Positions 32,101 through 41,649 of a DNA stretch of 64,000 bases are shown piece by piece. Numbering within the stretch: position 1 is the first letter of the stretch; every line of letters begins with the position of its first letter. A program made the translations under genes and the position numbers. Under the pieces are notes generated by a model that saw nothing but the letters and a program-made list of their open reading frames with translations, was not told the origin of the DNA and searched no databases. Origin of the DNA: Trypanosoma brucei (Eukaryota); the NCBI GenBank assembly GCA_000002445.1, contig CH464491.1, forward strand, positions 1,760,001 through 1,824,000, read 5' to 3'.

Positions 32101-32885
32101 TGATCCCCTTTAGGTACCACCAAGCCATTTGTACACGACGAGGCCGAGTTCACTATCATCTCCAGGGTGTGAGAACCGCCATTCTCGGTGGCTTCCACCC
32201 CACCCGTGTTTTCTAGTGAGGCCCGTGTCTCTTCGTCGACCTCCCGATCAACAGAGTGAATGAGGGACACATTCGTGCAACTTCCCGCTTCAAACTTTCC
32301 CGCAATAAACGTTCCCTTCAGGCTCGCGTATTCTACTGCTGCCCTCTTCGAGTTACACCGCGAAGAATCGATCCCGCTTGGGTTCGCGGCACAAGTGGCC
32401 TCTTGGTTGGAAGCAGACGTGGCAACGCTGCCCCTGTTGCTACTTTTCTCTTCGCTTCCACTGGAAGTGCGAGGTGAGAAGTCCCCCGGATGTGCAGAGG
32501 CCGCTGTGGCTGGAACTGGGCCAACAATACCCCTGCGCCGCTTTTTACTCGGAAGGGAGCTCACCTTATTATTTTGAACGTGTTCCGTTGAGCTAACAAC
32601 TGACGAGGCACCACTCTCACTCTGGCAGCCCGCAGAGTGGGTCGATACTCCCCGCAGCGAACTTCCTTTGCCCCCGCGCAGTAAGTTAAGTGCATATGCT
32701 GTATTGGCATCACATGAGGTAGTGGGGCCACTAGAGCCACAATCCTCGCTGGTATCCTTATTCAGAGGTCGTCCCTTTTTATCCGTCACCGCGGGTTTCG
32801 GCTGTGAGTAATTGCCCATGCGCGCCCCCAAGTGGGAAACGTCCCCACCGCAGGTGGTTTTCCCATTGCGCGGCACGGACTCCAT
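29106..32885 (-). CDS. Large hypothetical protein with a central coiled-coil, a poly-Asn run and a Ser/Thr/Pro-rich C-terminus, 1259 aa from the first ATG
   Basis: The track start at 32957 is TTG (plus 'caa'). An in-frame stop lies upstream at 33024-33026 and the first ATG is at 32883-32885 (MESVPRNG...). The coiled-coil is KEKAKEEENVQRLQNQIEEDNRKLEELRRQFKSL. The poly-Asn run is encoded by (GTT)n at about 30898-30930. No family is recognised. Confidence 0.6.
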   Translation of the reverse strand: MESVPRNGKTTCGGDVSHLGARMGNYSQPKPAVTDKKGRPLNKDTSEDCGSSGPTTSCDANTAYALNLLRGGKGSSLRGVSTHSAGCQSESGASSVVSSTEHVQNNKVSSLPSKKRRRGIVGPVPATAASAHPGDFSPRTSSGSEEKSSNRGSVATSASNQEATCAANPSGIDSSRCNSKRAAVEYASLKGTFIAGKFEAGSCTNVSLIHSVDREVDEETRASLENTGGVEATENGGSHTLEMIVNSASSCTNGLVVPKGDHCPILTSDLPFHARRGGEGDVSLPPYLLLTERDLKVCCQSFTARDQSADDGDEDGDVLYAGSSESGGDSQLSYLDDTDEHSAIVNKLAPLSASTLRPAAKYWGVGGEEYGEDACRVGIASRICSLTVSICLATSDRMDQRGFASSSSEPPNSNQRRGKCNVSVNTASLESGREGSIAGGSGNNANGVTTSSGIREEERMEKLLYLRRQIKSLGGKKLEYFSHAFGYKDCDCQKDVVCMAASALAVFMYFSPLPLPLLEDICRELSISTDCAGKEPLDFNVRAECLAEKISSHFYPMCRGFPPVTKCPLMPQMQIHEHAPGRYTCTVDNAELLEELPLHRLISNQFSCKKIRWQAILMLCDNELTFHVWHRHSGPLRARMVIRSQDPKRKRRNNKNNNNNNNGSEGNGEDLSSQNALKERPVLFLEKEVEAAPGELVGYDNFVQLTVALRSQANAQRDYRLYNSAEDRLTFQFALNLLNLDGTPFADSGSKKTTSNTNSGKGVSGSHQVNSAELTGTSAAEGKRRKEVEKAVQKLEKLETQEREALNKMCVNAHRQLMDDYNRGCQKAVQKKKERERKALLAKVGPNPELQRELNSLTQTVAANRTQVAKLSKEKAKEEENVQRLQNQIEEDNRKLEELRRQFKSLCETLSRIEKDKKALVERKKEWEGFGQHRGADMPVALNIPGLTATRHDKLAIDDVQSFLVFAATKDSALDASAGTPPSTNLTPQLHPAEQGTTGTRAVSPVGVTGSSINGAGVSVPLPRSAGTVGGGSSFAPPATGCLAMDLSWELYSKRPPFTTMLANNNGGNALGSLAVTCDASSPPPSQRHQHPIDISQLTCEVSDDAPITDRSSPTSNGGFTVTAVFGAPDSTSRFSLDANAAPYTPTPPISAQPASGAVPHAGFTPNGVPSDPLLRLSPQTSSPSVPYSGSSSMTAGCAFPEKPRYTYVSTPIANLSTSPGIGLFGIKSFGPSSIGGEPSETQSRSEEGLRFPTAQWSF

Positions 32886-32926
32886 AAGGGCCCCTACCGA
32901 CGGGTGTGCGCTGCGATGCGAGTGGC

Positions 32927-32939
32927 GGGGGGGGGGGGG
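32927..32939. repeat. G13 homopolymer on the plus strand (C13 on the coding strand) inside the upstream ORF extension of the 29106-32885 gene
   Basis: The sequence is agtggcggggggggggggcgaag, which encodes PPPP in the TTG-initiated extension. Confidence 0.9.
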
Positions 32940-32957
32940 CGAAGAGCACTCGTTCAA

Positions 32958-35900
32958 TTTGAGAATTATTCTTTTTATGCACGTGTGTATATGGTGTATG
33001 ATCCCCCTCCCCTCTCTCCCTTGCTATTGTTCGGCGGGAACGGCTGTATTAACACGTTCTTGCTTCCACAGGTATTGCACTCCTCCTGCTCCTGTTCTCG
33101 TCTGCTTTCACCCCTTCCTTTTCTGCAAATACGTTGGCTCACTTGCCACTGTCCTCCTGCCACCTTCCACAGTGAAGACTCCCTCTTCCGCAGGGGTTAT
33201 TTGGATTTCTAAGATTTCTTCCCTTTTCCTTTCCCTCTCCCTTCACTCGCGCCAGCTGGTGCACTTCTCCACTTGAATTCCTTCCGCTTAGCGACACCTT
33301 TTCTTTTCACTATCCCCTCTCCTTTACTTTTTCCCCCTCCTATTTGTCACTTTCCTCTTTTCTCTTAATTAATTTCCGAATGCACCCTTCTGTGTTCTCT
33401 CTTCCTTTATTTTCTCCGTCACTCTCGTCTCTCTCTCTCTCTCGTCACACACAGTCAGATACACCGCTTGCCTACCTTAGAAATAAACGTGAAAACTCAC
33501 CTTCGCTTTGGCAGTCCTCACTTGTAATAATGGTGGTTTCGCTGGATTACTAAGTACGTGCGCGAGGAAACAGATGAATATATTCAAGTATGTTGCGCAG
33601 ACAAGAAGGGGTAAAAGAAGAGAGAAGAAAAAGTAAGATAATTGTAGCATTCTTTTTTTTTCTTTGCCCACAGTAGTGCATACTCAGTTAAACTTTTCAT
33701 CAGCGGTGAGGTAGGTCCAGGATATAAAACATCCGCATAAAATGCATAAAAGAAGGTTGGGCTGCGTAAAACAGGTAAAAGTAAAAAAAAAGGAAAGTGA
33801 AAAATGAAAACTCAATGAGAAATACGGAAAAGAAAAGAGCGATCATCTCCAAGTTGAAAGAAGAAGATGCATCCACATTTCCATTTATGAGGAAAAGGTT
33901 GTTGCACTCTTTCTTTCTTTCCCTCCTTTTTGCTCCTCCACTTCCTTCCATTCCTTTGCCATCTCTTCTTCTTCTTCACCCTCTTCCTTATTTTCCTGCA
34001 TACTGCCATTCCTTCTGCATCAGCTTTCACTCGTTTTGTGTTTTTCCTTGCTTTTTTTTTTGCTTTCTTTAATTTTTTTTATTCCCCTCCCTTTACAAGA
34101 ACTTCGCTCTGGTCACGCTCTCCGTCTCTCTCTCTCTCTCTCCCTCTTCCTCTTCCTCTCTCTCTTCCTTTTTCTCCTCCTCCTTCACCCACGTAACCAC
34201 TAAATCACACCGCTTCCCCTTTCACACTCATACAAACACGCATGAGCATATATATATATATATATATCGTGTACAAAACAATAAAAATAAAGAAGAACAC
34301 TTACACATTGCTGCCTCAAGCGCCCTCTCTCCTTTTCCTTTTGTATGTCTCATTCACTTACTTCGCCTCTCTCCTTCTTAATCCATTTCCCCTCCCCTCC
34401 CCTCCATACACATACACATACACACACACACCTTCCACCTCTCTCTCCCTCCCCCTTTCCTTTATTTCTTACTTTCCTCCACACACACACATAAGTACAA
34501 ACATAAATATATAAATATATATTATGAATAAGCACACAAATATGTATCTTATTCAGCCTCTTCGTGTGATGTTTCACTTCATCATTCGCCTTCCTCTCTC
34601 TCTCTTTTCTCTCTCTTTTTTTTTTTTAAATGCCGGTGGTAGCGGTGACGTGACGGTAAGGATGAAGGGATACGGGACGTGAAAGTGGCAGTTAAGCAAA
34701 TAATGTAAAGAACAAAAAAAATTGAAGGGACACTTGAAGATTTTAAGGAAGATGTGAAACAGAGAAAGAAAAACACAGGTAGGCAACGGTCCACTTATTT
34801 ATATAGTATTATTATGAAGATGGTGGATGATTTTTGTTTTAGTTTTTAACAGGGCGGTGAAAGGGGCTAAAACAGTGGGAGGAGGTAAAGGTAACAGGTG
34901 ATGTGAGAGAGAGAGAAAAAAAAAAGCACACACACACACAAACAAAAGAAATTATTCAAGACGACGAAAAAAAGAAAAAAAAGAAGGAGAAAACATGGTG
35001 AAAACAAAAAAAAAACGAAAAAGAAAGGGAAAGGAAGCGAACGAACGGACAAACGGAAACCAGCAGCTCTTTGAGATCCCTAAGGTCTTACTCTTGTCTC
35101 TCTCACATATTCCCTCTTTCCTCATCCCTCTTTTCTCCACACCTCCCGAGCCGCACAAAATGTAAAATAATAATAATAGTAGTAGTAATGGTGATGGTAT
35201 AAATAATAATAATAATAACAATCGGCCTCCGTGTGTATGACAAAACAAAAAAAACAAAGATAGAGGGAAGAAAGAGAAAGAGAGGTGATAGAAAATAAAT
35301 AAAATCAACAAGTGGGGGGGGGAGGGGGGAAGACGGAGCCTCACCTTTTTTGTAACTTTCCGTTGTGGTGTGGAGAAAAAAAAGGAGGGGAGATGTGGAA
35401 ACAAAGATAGACATGTGCACCATGCATTGCGCTCATTTTGCATTTGCATATATAAATATATATATATAAATGTATAAATTTTATTTTATTTTTCTTCCTT
35501 CCCAAGTAAAAATTCCTATCTTCCTTCCCTTTGCACTACCCTGCTTGTTTGCTTGCTTATTCTCCGCTGCGGCTGCTGCACACCTCCCAATACCTATCCT
35601 TCATCTCAGTTTCCTTCCCCTTCCCTTTTCCTTTCCCTTTTCTTTTTCCTTTGTATTCTTTCCTACTTCACTTCCTCACTAACTCTTCCATCTCCTCACT
35701 CTCCTTTTCGTACATACACATTACAGGAAAAAACAAAGAAGGAGGAAAGGTAGGGGTAGAGGGGGAAAAAAAAATAAAAGTATAAACACAAGAAGTAACA
35801 AATGGAAAGGGAAAAAAGAAAAAGAAAACAACGGTGAGGAAGGGAAGAAGTAAAGGAGTTGCTGAAGGGGGAAATCGCTACAGGATGAGGGTGCCACCAA

Positions 35901-36632
35901 AACATCGATCGCCAATAACACAAATAACAACAACAATAACAATAACAATAGCAACAACAGTACATATTGGTGCCAATATAATGATGATGCGGACGGAGTA
36001 AAAGCTCTACAAAGAGAAAAAAAAAGAGAAAAAAGCGAGGGCTGCAAAGAAGTATTACTCGTTGTTTTATTCTTCGGCTCGGTTCGCTCATACACGCCAC
36101 ACACACAAAAAAAAACGCGTGACCACACGCGTTCACGCAATTTTCTCTGCACACTTATCCGCCAACCTCAACCACCCACCTCCTCATCTATCTTGTACGG
36201 GTATTTCCCCCGCTCACCTATTTCTTAGCTTGTTTGGATTTCACGTTTATTATTATTATTATTATTGTTACTTACCTTGCCTCTCACGAAATTAGACGCA
36301 ACGAAGGGGAAACTTCAGCCTCCTTCTTCATTCACGTTTCGAAGTCGTTGGGGAGGAGTGTCTCTCGGATGCAGAAAAAAAAATAATAATAAATGGAAAG
36401 CATGGCAACCCGGAGGTCCCCATCACCCCAACAACTGTCCTAAGTCGTACTGCATAAAAATAAACTTAGGGCGAGAAAAAGCATGGGACATTGAAGGTCG
36501 CAGTAGCAGACCCCGTCCAGAGGAGTTCCTAAAGCGATCACACACTTGTGAACAACTGGTGCAATCGGCAGTTGACTGATACGGAGTACTTGAGACCATG
36601 CGTTTGGTATACCTTCAATTACGGGTATACAC

Positions 36633-36681
<49 letters not shown>

Positions 36682-36846
36682 TGAACACTCCCCACGTATC
36701 TTGTCATTTACTGTTTTCCTTCACCCATCCACAACAGCTCATCTTTCCCTTCATATTCCACACATCCGCAACTATTCCTTCACTCACTAGAGAACTCTTT
36801 CTTGACACACACCCAACAATCGGTGGTCGCTGCGTCATATGCTCAT
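32958..36846. repeat. 3.9-kb low-complexity intergenic/UTR spacer made of alternating pyrimidine-rich and purine-rich blocks with many microsatellites
   Basis: Microsatellites include (CT)n at about 33425-33450 and 34121-34145, (TA)n at 34249-34267, (AAT/AGT)n at about 35160-35225, (AAC/AAT)n at about 35885-35950, (ATT)n at 36245-36262 and (CA)21 at 36636-36678. Only low-complexity pseudo-ORFs are present. Confidence 0.7.
36636..36678. repeat. (CA)n microsatellite of about 21 units
   Basis: Read directly as acacacac.... Confidence 0.95.
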
Positions 36847-38172
36847 CTACCACCTATTAGGGAGAGCGGGCCCTCCCATATATCCACCAGAGTTACGTTG
36901 CCCAAACATCTGATTGACGCCACCATCGGCGCCTCCCATCGGGCGGCCAGCCGAAAAACCTCCCATATGTGGACCACCCCTCATCGCATTCCCGCGACCC
37001 ATGTGAGGAGGGACATCCACTCCGCGGTCGCCAAAATTCTGATTGCGCTGCATTAGGTAATGACCACCACTGTAGTAATGATTGTGATCATACGGCGGCA
37101 CCATTACGCCAGCGTTGGGAGTCCAATGGTCGTTACGCCCGCGGCCGCCCCACGGCATGCCGTCTTGCGTTCCCGTTTGATACGTGTAGTTGTTGCCAAC
37201 ATGCTGCGGAGGTTGCGGTGGTGGTGGTAGTTGGGTTTGCGAGGTCACTGGAAGTGAACTGGGAGCCTGGCGGAGCGGTGCGGGTTGCTGCTGTATCATT
37301 TGTTGTTGTTGTTGCTGTTGTTGTTGCTGCTGCAATTGCTGCTGCTGCTCCACCAGCCTGCTGCGTTCCCTCTGAAGACCATCACTTTGGTCGTTCAGCT
37401 GCCGTTCTTGGGCGAGCAGGCGAGCATGCTTTTCATTCATCTCAATTTCCCGCTGTTTGCGGCACTCTTCAAACAAATGACGCTCATTGTAAAGGTTAGC
37501 GCGTCCCTTTTCCAACTCAGCCATCGCGGAGTCAATTCGCTGGTGACTAGCCGGTGCCTCAAACACTACACGGGGTCCCTTCGAGTGTGCCTCAACGACT
37601 TCAGCTGGGTATGTTACAATGTAGGTTACTGGTTTGGCCTGTGGGGGTACCACAGGGTGTTGCGGGGTTATGTCGCTGGAAAAAGTGTAGTCATCATCGT
37701 TTGCCCAACTAAAGTTACCGTTGCTCTCCGGTAGTGTGACGGTAGGCTGTGGTTTAGGAGGTTGTTGGGGCTTGGGTGTCGGAGTAGGTTGCTTTTCCAC
37801 TACAGGAGATTCTTCTACCGGTGTGGGGGGAATCTCCACCGGTGCGACTACAGCTTCTACGGTAGGTTCCTCCGCTACAGGAACTTCGGGTTCCGGCACC
37901 GCTACCTCCGGCGGCTCGGGCGTACGTGGCTTTTCCACGCGGACAGTTTGCTTCGTCACGTTGGTGCGTAGCGCCTCCAGAAAAGTTTTCCCGGATGAGG
38001 TCTTTGATGCATTTGTGATCTGTGCCTTAATTGTTGGGCCAGCGGGAACCACGACATCATCCGCTTTGTTTTCCTCGCGCTTCGGCCGGCCGGTCTCGTT
38101 GCTGGGGCGGCTGTCCAGCTTGTGGTTGCCGTTCACATTGGCGTGTTGTTTCGGATTGTTTTTTGGAGGCAT
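36847..38172 (-). CDS. Low-complexity protein rich in Gln/Pro, with a coiled-coil, a poly-Q run and an RGG/GY-rich C-terminus, 441 aa
   Basis: ATG confirmed at 38170-38172. The protein contains LLAQERQLNDQSDGLQRERSRLVEQQQQLQQQQQQQQQQQMIQQQ, encoded by (CAA/CAG)n at about 37290-37350. The C-terminus reads GRGRNDHW...MGRGNAMRGGPHMGGFSAGRPMGGADGG...SGGYMGGP. This looks like an RNA-binding low-complexity-domain protein. Confidence 0.6.
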   Translation of the reverse strand: MPPKNNPKQHANVNGNHKLDSRPSNETGRPKREENKADDVVVPAGPTIKAQITNASKTSSGKTFLEALRTNVTKQTVRVEKPRTPEPPEVAVPEPEVPVAEEPTVEAVVAPVEIPPTPVEESPVVEKQPTPTPKPQQPPKPQPTVTLPESNGNFSWANDDDYTFSSDITPQHPVVPPQAKPVTYIVTYPAEVVEAHSKGPRVVFEAPASHQRIDSAMAELEKGRANLYNERHLFEECRKQREIEMNEKHARLLAQERQLNDQSDGLQRERSRLVEQQQQLQQQQQQQQQQQMIQQQPAPLRQAPSSLPVTSQTQLPPPPQPPQHVGNNYTYQTGTQDGMPWGGRGRNDHWTPNAGVMVPPYDHNHYYSGGHYLMQRNQNFGDRGVDVPPHMGRGNAMRGGPHMGGFSAGRPMGGADGGVNQMFGQRNSGGYMGGPALPNRW

Positions 38173-39448
38173 ACTTGTATACTCTTCTTCTCTACCTCCA
38201 GTAATTTCCTTAACTTACTTTCAGTTCTTCTGATACTTATTTTATTTATCTTAGTTTCTTCCTCCCCTCTCCTGTCGTTTGTTTTATTACACTTTTCCTC
38301 TTCCTGTCCTTTGAATACCGTGAACTTTGTGTCTACTTTCGATTCGCCGCCGGTATGTTTGCTATGACTTCACCTTCTTTTCTCCCTTGTTTGGTCTTCC
38401 CTTTACGATCTGGACTTAGTTTAAATACTTTATTGGCTGATATTTTGTTGGGAGGCTTCTGAGTTATTTCTCTCTTTTTCCTTGTTAATGCTTATTTTTC
38501 TCTTCTTTTTTTTTGTATTTGTTTGTTTGTATTTTGTTTTCTCCTGTTCTCTCTCCTTTAGCTTACTCAAGTTATTATGTAAACAGTACCTTTCCTTCTT
38601 TTATTCTTTTAATTTTGTTTTTAGTGAGTGTGTGTTAAAGAGTTCTTACTATTTGTCCTCTCCTTTTTCTCTTTTTTTTCCTTTTAGTTTTTTTTCCTTT
38701 AAAAAAATTCTCCTACTGGTAAAATTTATTGGCGTTACAATTGTTTTTGCCAAGTGCAACGTTTCGGACAGAAAGATGAAAGAACGAATAAGAAAAACAA
38801 AAGTAGCGGAATGAAAACGAAAAAAAAATAGATAAAAAAATACACACAAAAAAAAATGGCTCATCCGATCATTAATAACAAATAACTTCACCGCACAAGT
38901 CACTGCACATAAGGAGAATCCCATACAAGATTCCGCACACTGTAAGAAAGAGGGGGAAGGAAGCAAACGCAAAAAAAAAACACGCTGGCAAACAGACGGT
39001 GGTGCATGAAAAGGCGATGAAGCTGTTTAGTAGGAAAAGTTATAAATTAAGCACATACGAAGCGGTCTTTAGGGGTGGGAAGGAAACACTTTTACAGCAT
39101 AACATCGCCAATAATAGTGATAATAACAACAAATGGGAATTACTGAGGGGATAAAAAGACGTTACACTAAACCTCTACAATACTAATATATATATGTATG
39201 TATGTGTGTGCAACATCAACCACTCATATCTCCGCCTCCATTATTTCTTCCCACAACATCAAACTCCCTTTACTTCGTCGCACTTGAATCACAGTCACCA
39301 ATATACGATTTCTCGTAACAAGCACGCCACCCATGTCACAAGTATTCAGTAGTCAAAGAAAAAGAAACAAAACACGCACACACACAATTGAAAAAGGAAA
39401 AGGAAGAAAGAAAGAAAGGAAACAGACCCTTCTCTACCCAATCAAGTT

Positions 39449-40636
39449 TTACCAATCGTCCACAGCAATACCGAAATCACGATCCCTGCAGCAGTAATAT
39501 GGTGCCAGCAACGACCACAAGTACAACAGTACAGCTGACCATACCGTGCCGCTTCGCACCCAGTAGGCGATGTTAATACTGCTTTTCATTTTGTCCTCAC
39601 CCATGCCACTTACATGCCAACCCGTTGAAAGCATCGCCAAGTACATGGAACCGAGCATCATTACGGTGTAGAAAAACATGTAACTGCTGAGGTGGCCGCT
39701 CTCCTCGGGATCCTCCTCAACATCATCATCCCCAACATGACCGAACCCTTTGCTGCTACCCCCTGTGGAAACAACGCTATACACAAGCGTGAAACCGCTC
39801 ACAATACTACCAATAATTATTTGCTTCAATGAACCGGCCTCATTAGGTGGTATAGCAATTGTGTTACAGTTGGCATCGTCGCCCATGCGGAGTGTAACGA
39901 ACATGACACCAGCCGTGTAGGCAAAGACAATTCCGCTTGATACTATCGAACCATGCGGTAAATAAATCGACAGCACCGTGTAAACCACAGCACTGATAAG
40001 CACGCTCAAAATCGCGAAAGCGTTGTAATTGCAGTTCACATTTGGGACAAACACCACAAAGGACATAGCAGCAATTGCAATGCCAGCTATGTAACTCAGC
40101 ACGGCAACTATCAGCAGATACCACAACCATTTGCTGTTTTGCTCCATCCTCTCCCCCCACTCCTCAGTCCACTGATAGCTAAAGTCGATGAGGAACACCA
40201 CATTTATTAGCAGGAAGAGTCCTGAAGCAAAGACGCAGGTGTACGCATAATATGCAAAGAATGTATTTGGTACCCACATTGTCGCAAGAAATAACAGGCC
40301 AAGTAATATGGTCTTGGCGAAGAAGAACCGCCTCTGAAACTCCACACGTGACTCGGTGTCGATGCAACACGTAAGGTCCGAGACAGAAAGAAGGTGCAAG
40401 AAGAAGAACAAAGAAAGAGAGAAACTGACGCGATAGGCAAGAACTTCACCCACACAAAAGTTTGCGTCCCCTTTGCCAGCGTACTCACAGCCTTTCTTAA
40501 TAAGTGGGAGATGGCTCAGCAGTGTAAGAAAGCCGCGCAACAACATGGTCGCAACGATTCCCACGAAGAGGTACAGAGAATATTGCACCCGCAACACAAC
40601 TGTTGGGGAAAGAGAAGTACCATCACTCGAACCCAT
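39449..40636 (-). CDS. Serine incorporator (SERINC/TMS1) family polytopic membrane protein, 395 aa from the first ATG
   Basis: The track start at 40660 is GTG; the first ATG is at 40634-40636, giving MGSSDG... (human SERINC1 starts MGSVLG). FLLINVVFLIDFSYQWTEEWGERMEQNSKWLWY matches SERINC1 [33 protein letters not shown]. The C-terminus FFYTVMMLGSMYLAMLS...WSAVLLYLWSLLAPYYCCRDRDF matches SERINC1 FFHFMLFLASLYIMMTL...[23 protein letters not shown]. Confidence 0.85.
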   Translation of the reverse strand: MGSSDGTSLSPTVVLRVQYSLYLFVGIVATMLLRGFLTLLSHLPLIKKGCEYAGKGDANFCVGEVLAYRVSFSLSLFFFLHLLSVSDLTCCIDTESRVEFQRRFFFAKTILLGLLFLATMWVPNTFFAYYAYTCVFASGLFLLINVVFLIDFSYQWTEEWGERMEQNSKWLWYLLIVAVLSYIAGIAIAAMSFVVFVPNVNCNYNAFAILSVLISAVVYTVLSIYLPHGSIVSSGIVFAYTAGVMFVTLRMGDDANCNTIAIPPNEAGSLKQIIIGSIVSGFTLVYSVVSTGGSSKGFGHVGDDDVEEDPEESGHLSSYMFFYTVMMLGSMYLAMLSTGWHVSGMGEDKMKSSINIAYWVRSGTVWSAVLLYLWSLLAPYYCCRDRDFGIAVDDW

Positions 40637-40865
40637 CACAACTAAAAAAAAAAGAATCACCTATGGGAGAAACGACTTTCCTTCGCTCTCCCTCTATAAA
40701 TATCCTTGTATATAGTCGAACCCTTCGCGCAGGCTCACCTTTTTTGTCCCTGAGTTTAATCCCTTTCGGATTATCTGAAAGATTACATTAGTAATGAAGC
40801 GAAGGGTAATGTAAGAGCATGAGGCAATATGCGTGGTTTCATACTTACAGGGAACCGTCTCGGGT

Positions 40866-40995
40866 TTCAAAAAAAAAGAAAAAAAGGACGACCTAGCGGA
40901 GGGGCTGAGAACGAAAAAACACGAATTACGTAAGGTGAGGAGGTTAAAAACGGGGTGAAGAGAGAATATCACAACAAAGCGAGAAGGGAAGATGC
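40866..40995 (-). promoter_or_regulatory. Polypyrimidine tract on the coding (minus) strand upstream of the SERINC gene, a candidate trans-splice and polyadenylation signal
   Basis: The plus strand here is a purine-rich run (aaaaaaaagaaaaaaaggacgacctagcggaggggctgagaacgaaaaaac...). Confidence 0.3.
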
Positions 40996-41649
40996 CAGAG
41001 CCACCACTACAACTTCACATTTATTTTATATATGCGTCTTCTTTTCTTCCTTCCCTCACCGTTCCGCATCTCTCGCCGCATCCACCCCCCCCCCTCCCTT
41101 CCTCCTCACCTCTTTTCCACGCTCTTCTCTCTAGTTTAGCTGTTCCTTTTTTTTGTTTTTCTTTTTGGTAGGCGCCATGGGCTTACCTCTAGTAGGCCTT
41201 TCCGCTGCTTAAGCATATACATTCAAATTCAGTGTACATCCTGCTGCACCTCTAGTTGCGCTGCACGCATTGTAACATAGACAGTGTTTCTCAGTAATGG
41301 TAGTTCCGCAGTTCGGCATGGTGAACAAAACCAAGTGTTAACAACAATAACAATAATGGCAGAATACATTTGAGGTTACATTCGAAAAAGCCGTACGCTA
41401 ACTACACGGTACCACCAGCGCACCTGTGATCAAGGGAGGAGTTATTTTGGTTGAAAATAAAAAAAAGAAAAGGAAAACACAACGCAACAGTAAAAAGAAC
41501 AACCAGATCCCTCAAGGTGCTACGACTACACCAAATTTATTCCCCACTCCTCCGCCTCCTTTCCATTCCTGCCTTCCAAAAGGCAAAACCTCCTCCTCCC
41601 TCCCTCCTTCAGGGGCGCCCCCATAACGAAAGGCGGTGACGTTAAACAA

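Noticed and set aside
34952-36154. Minus-strand ORFs of 150-165 aa (34952-35449, 35696-36154) and several 60-100-aa ORFs inside the 3.9-kb spacer
   Set aside because: The translations are runs of L, F, S and P read from CT/GA-rich and microsatellite DNA. They come from the composition of the spacer and are not genes.
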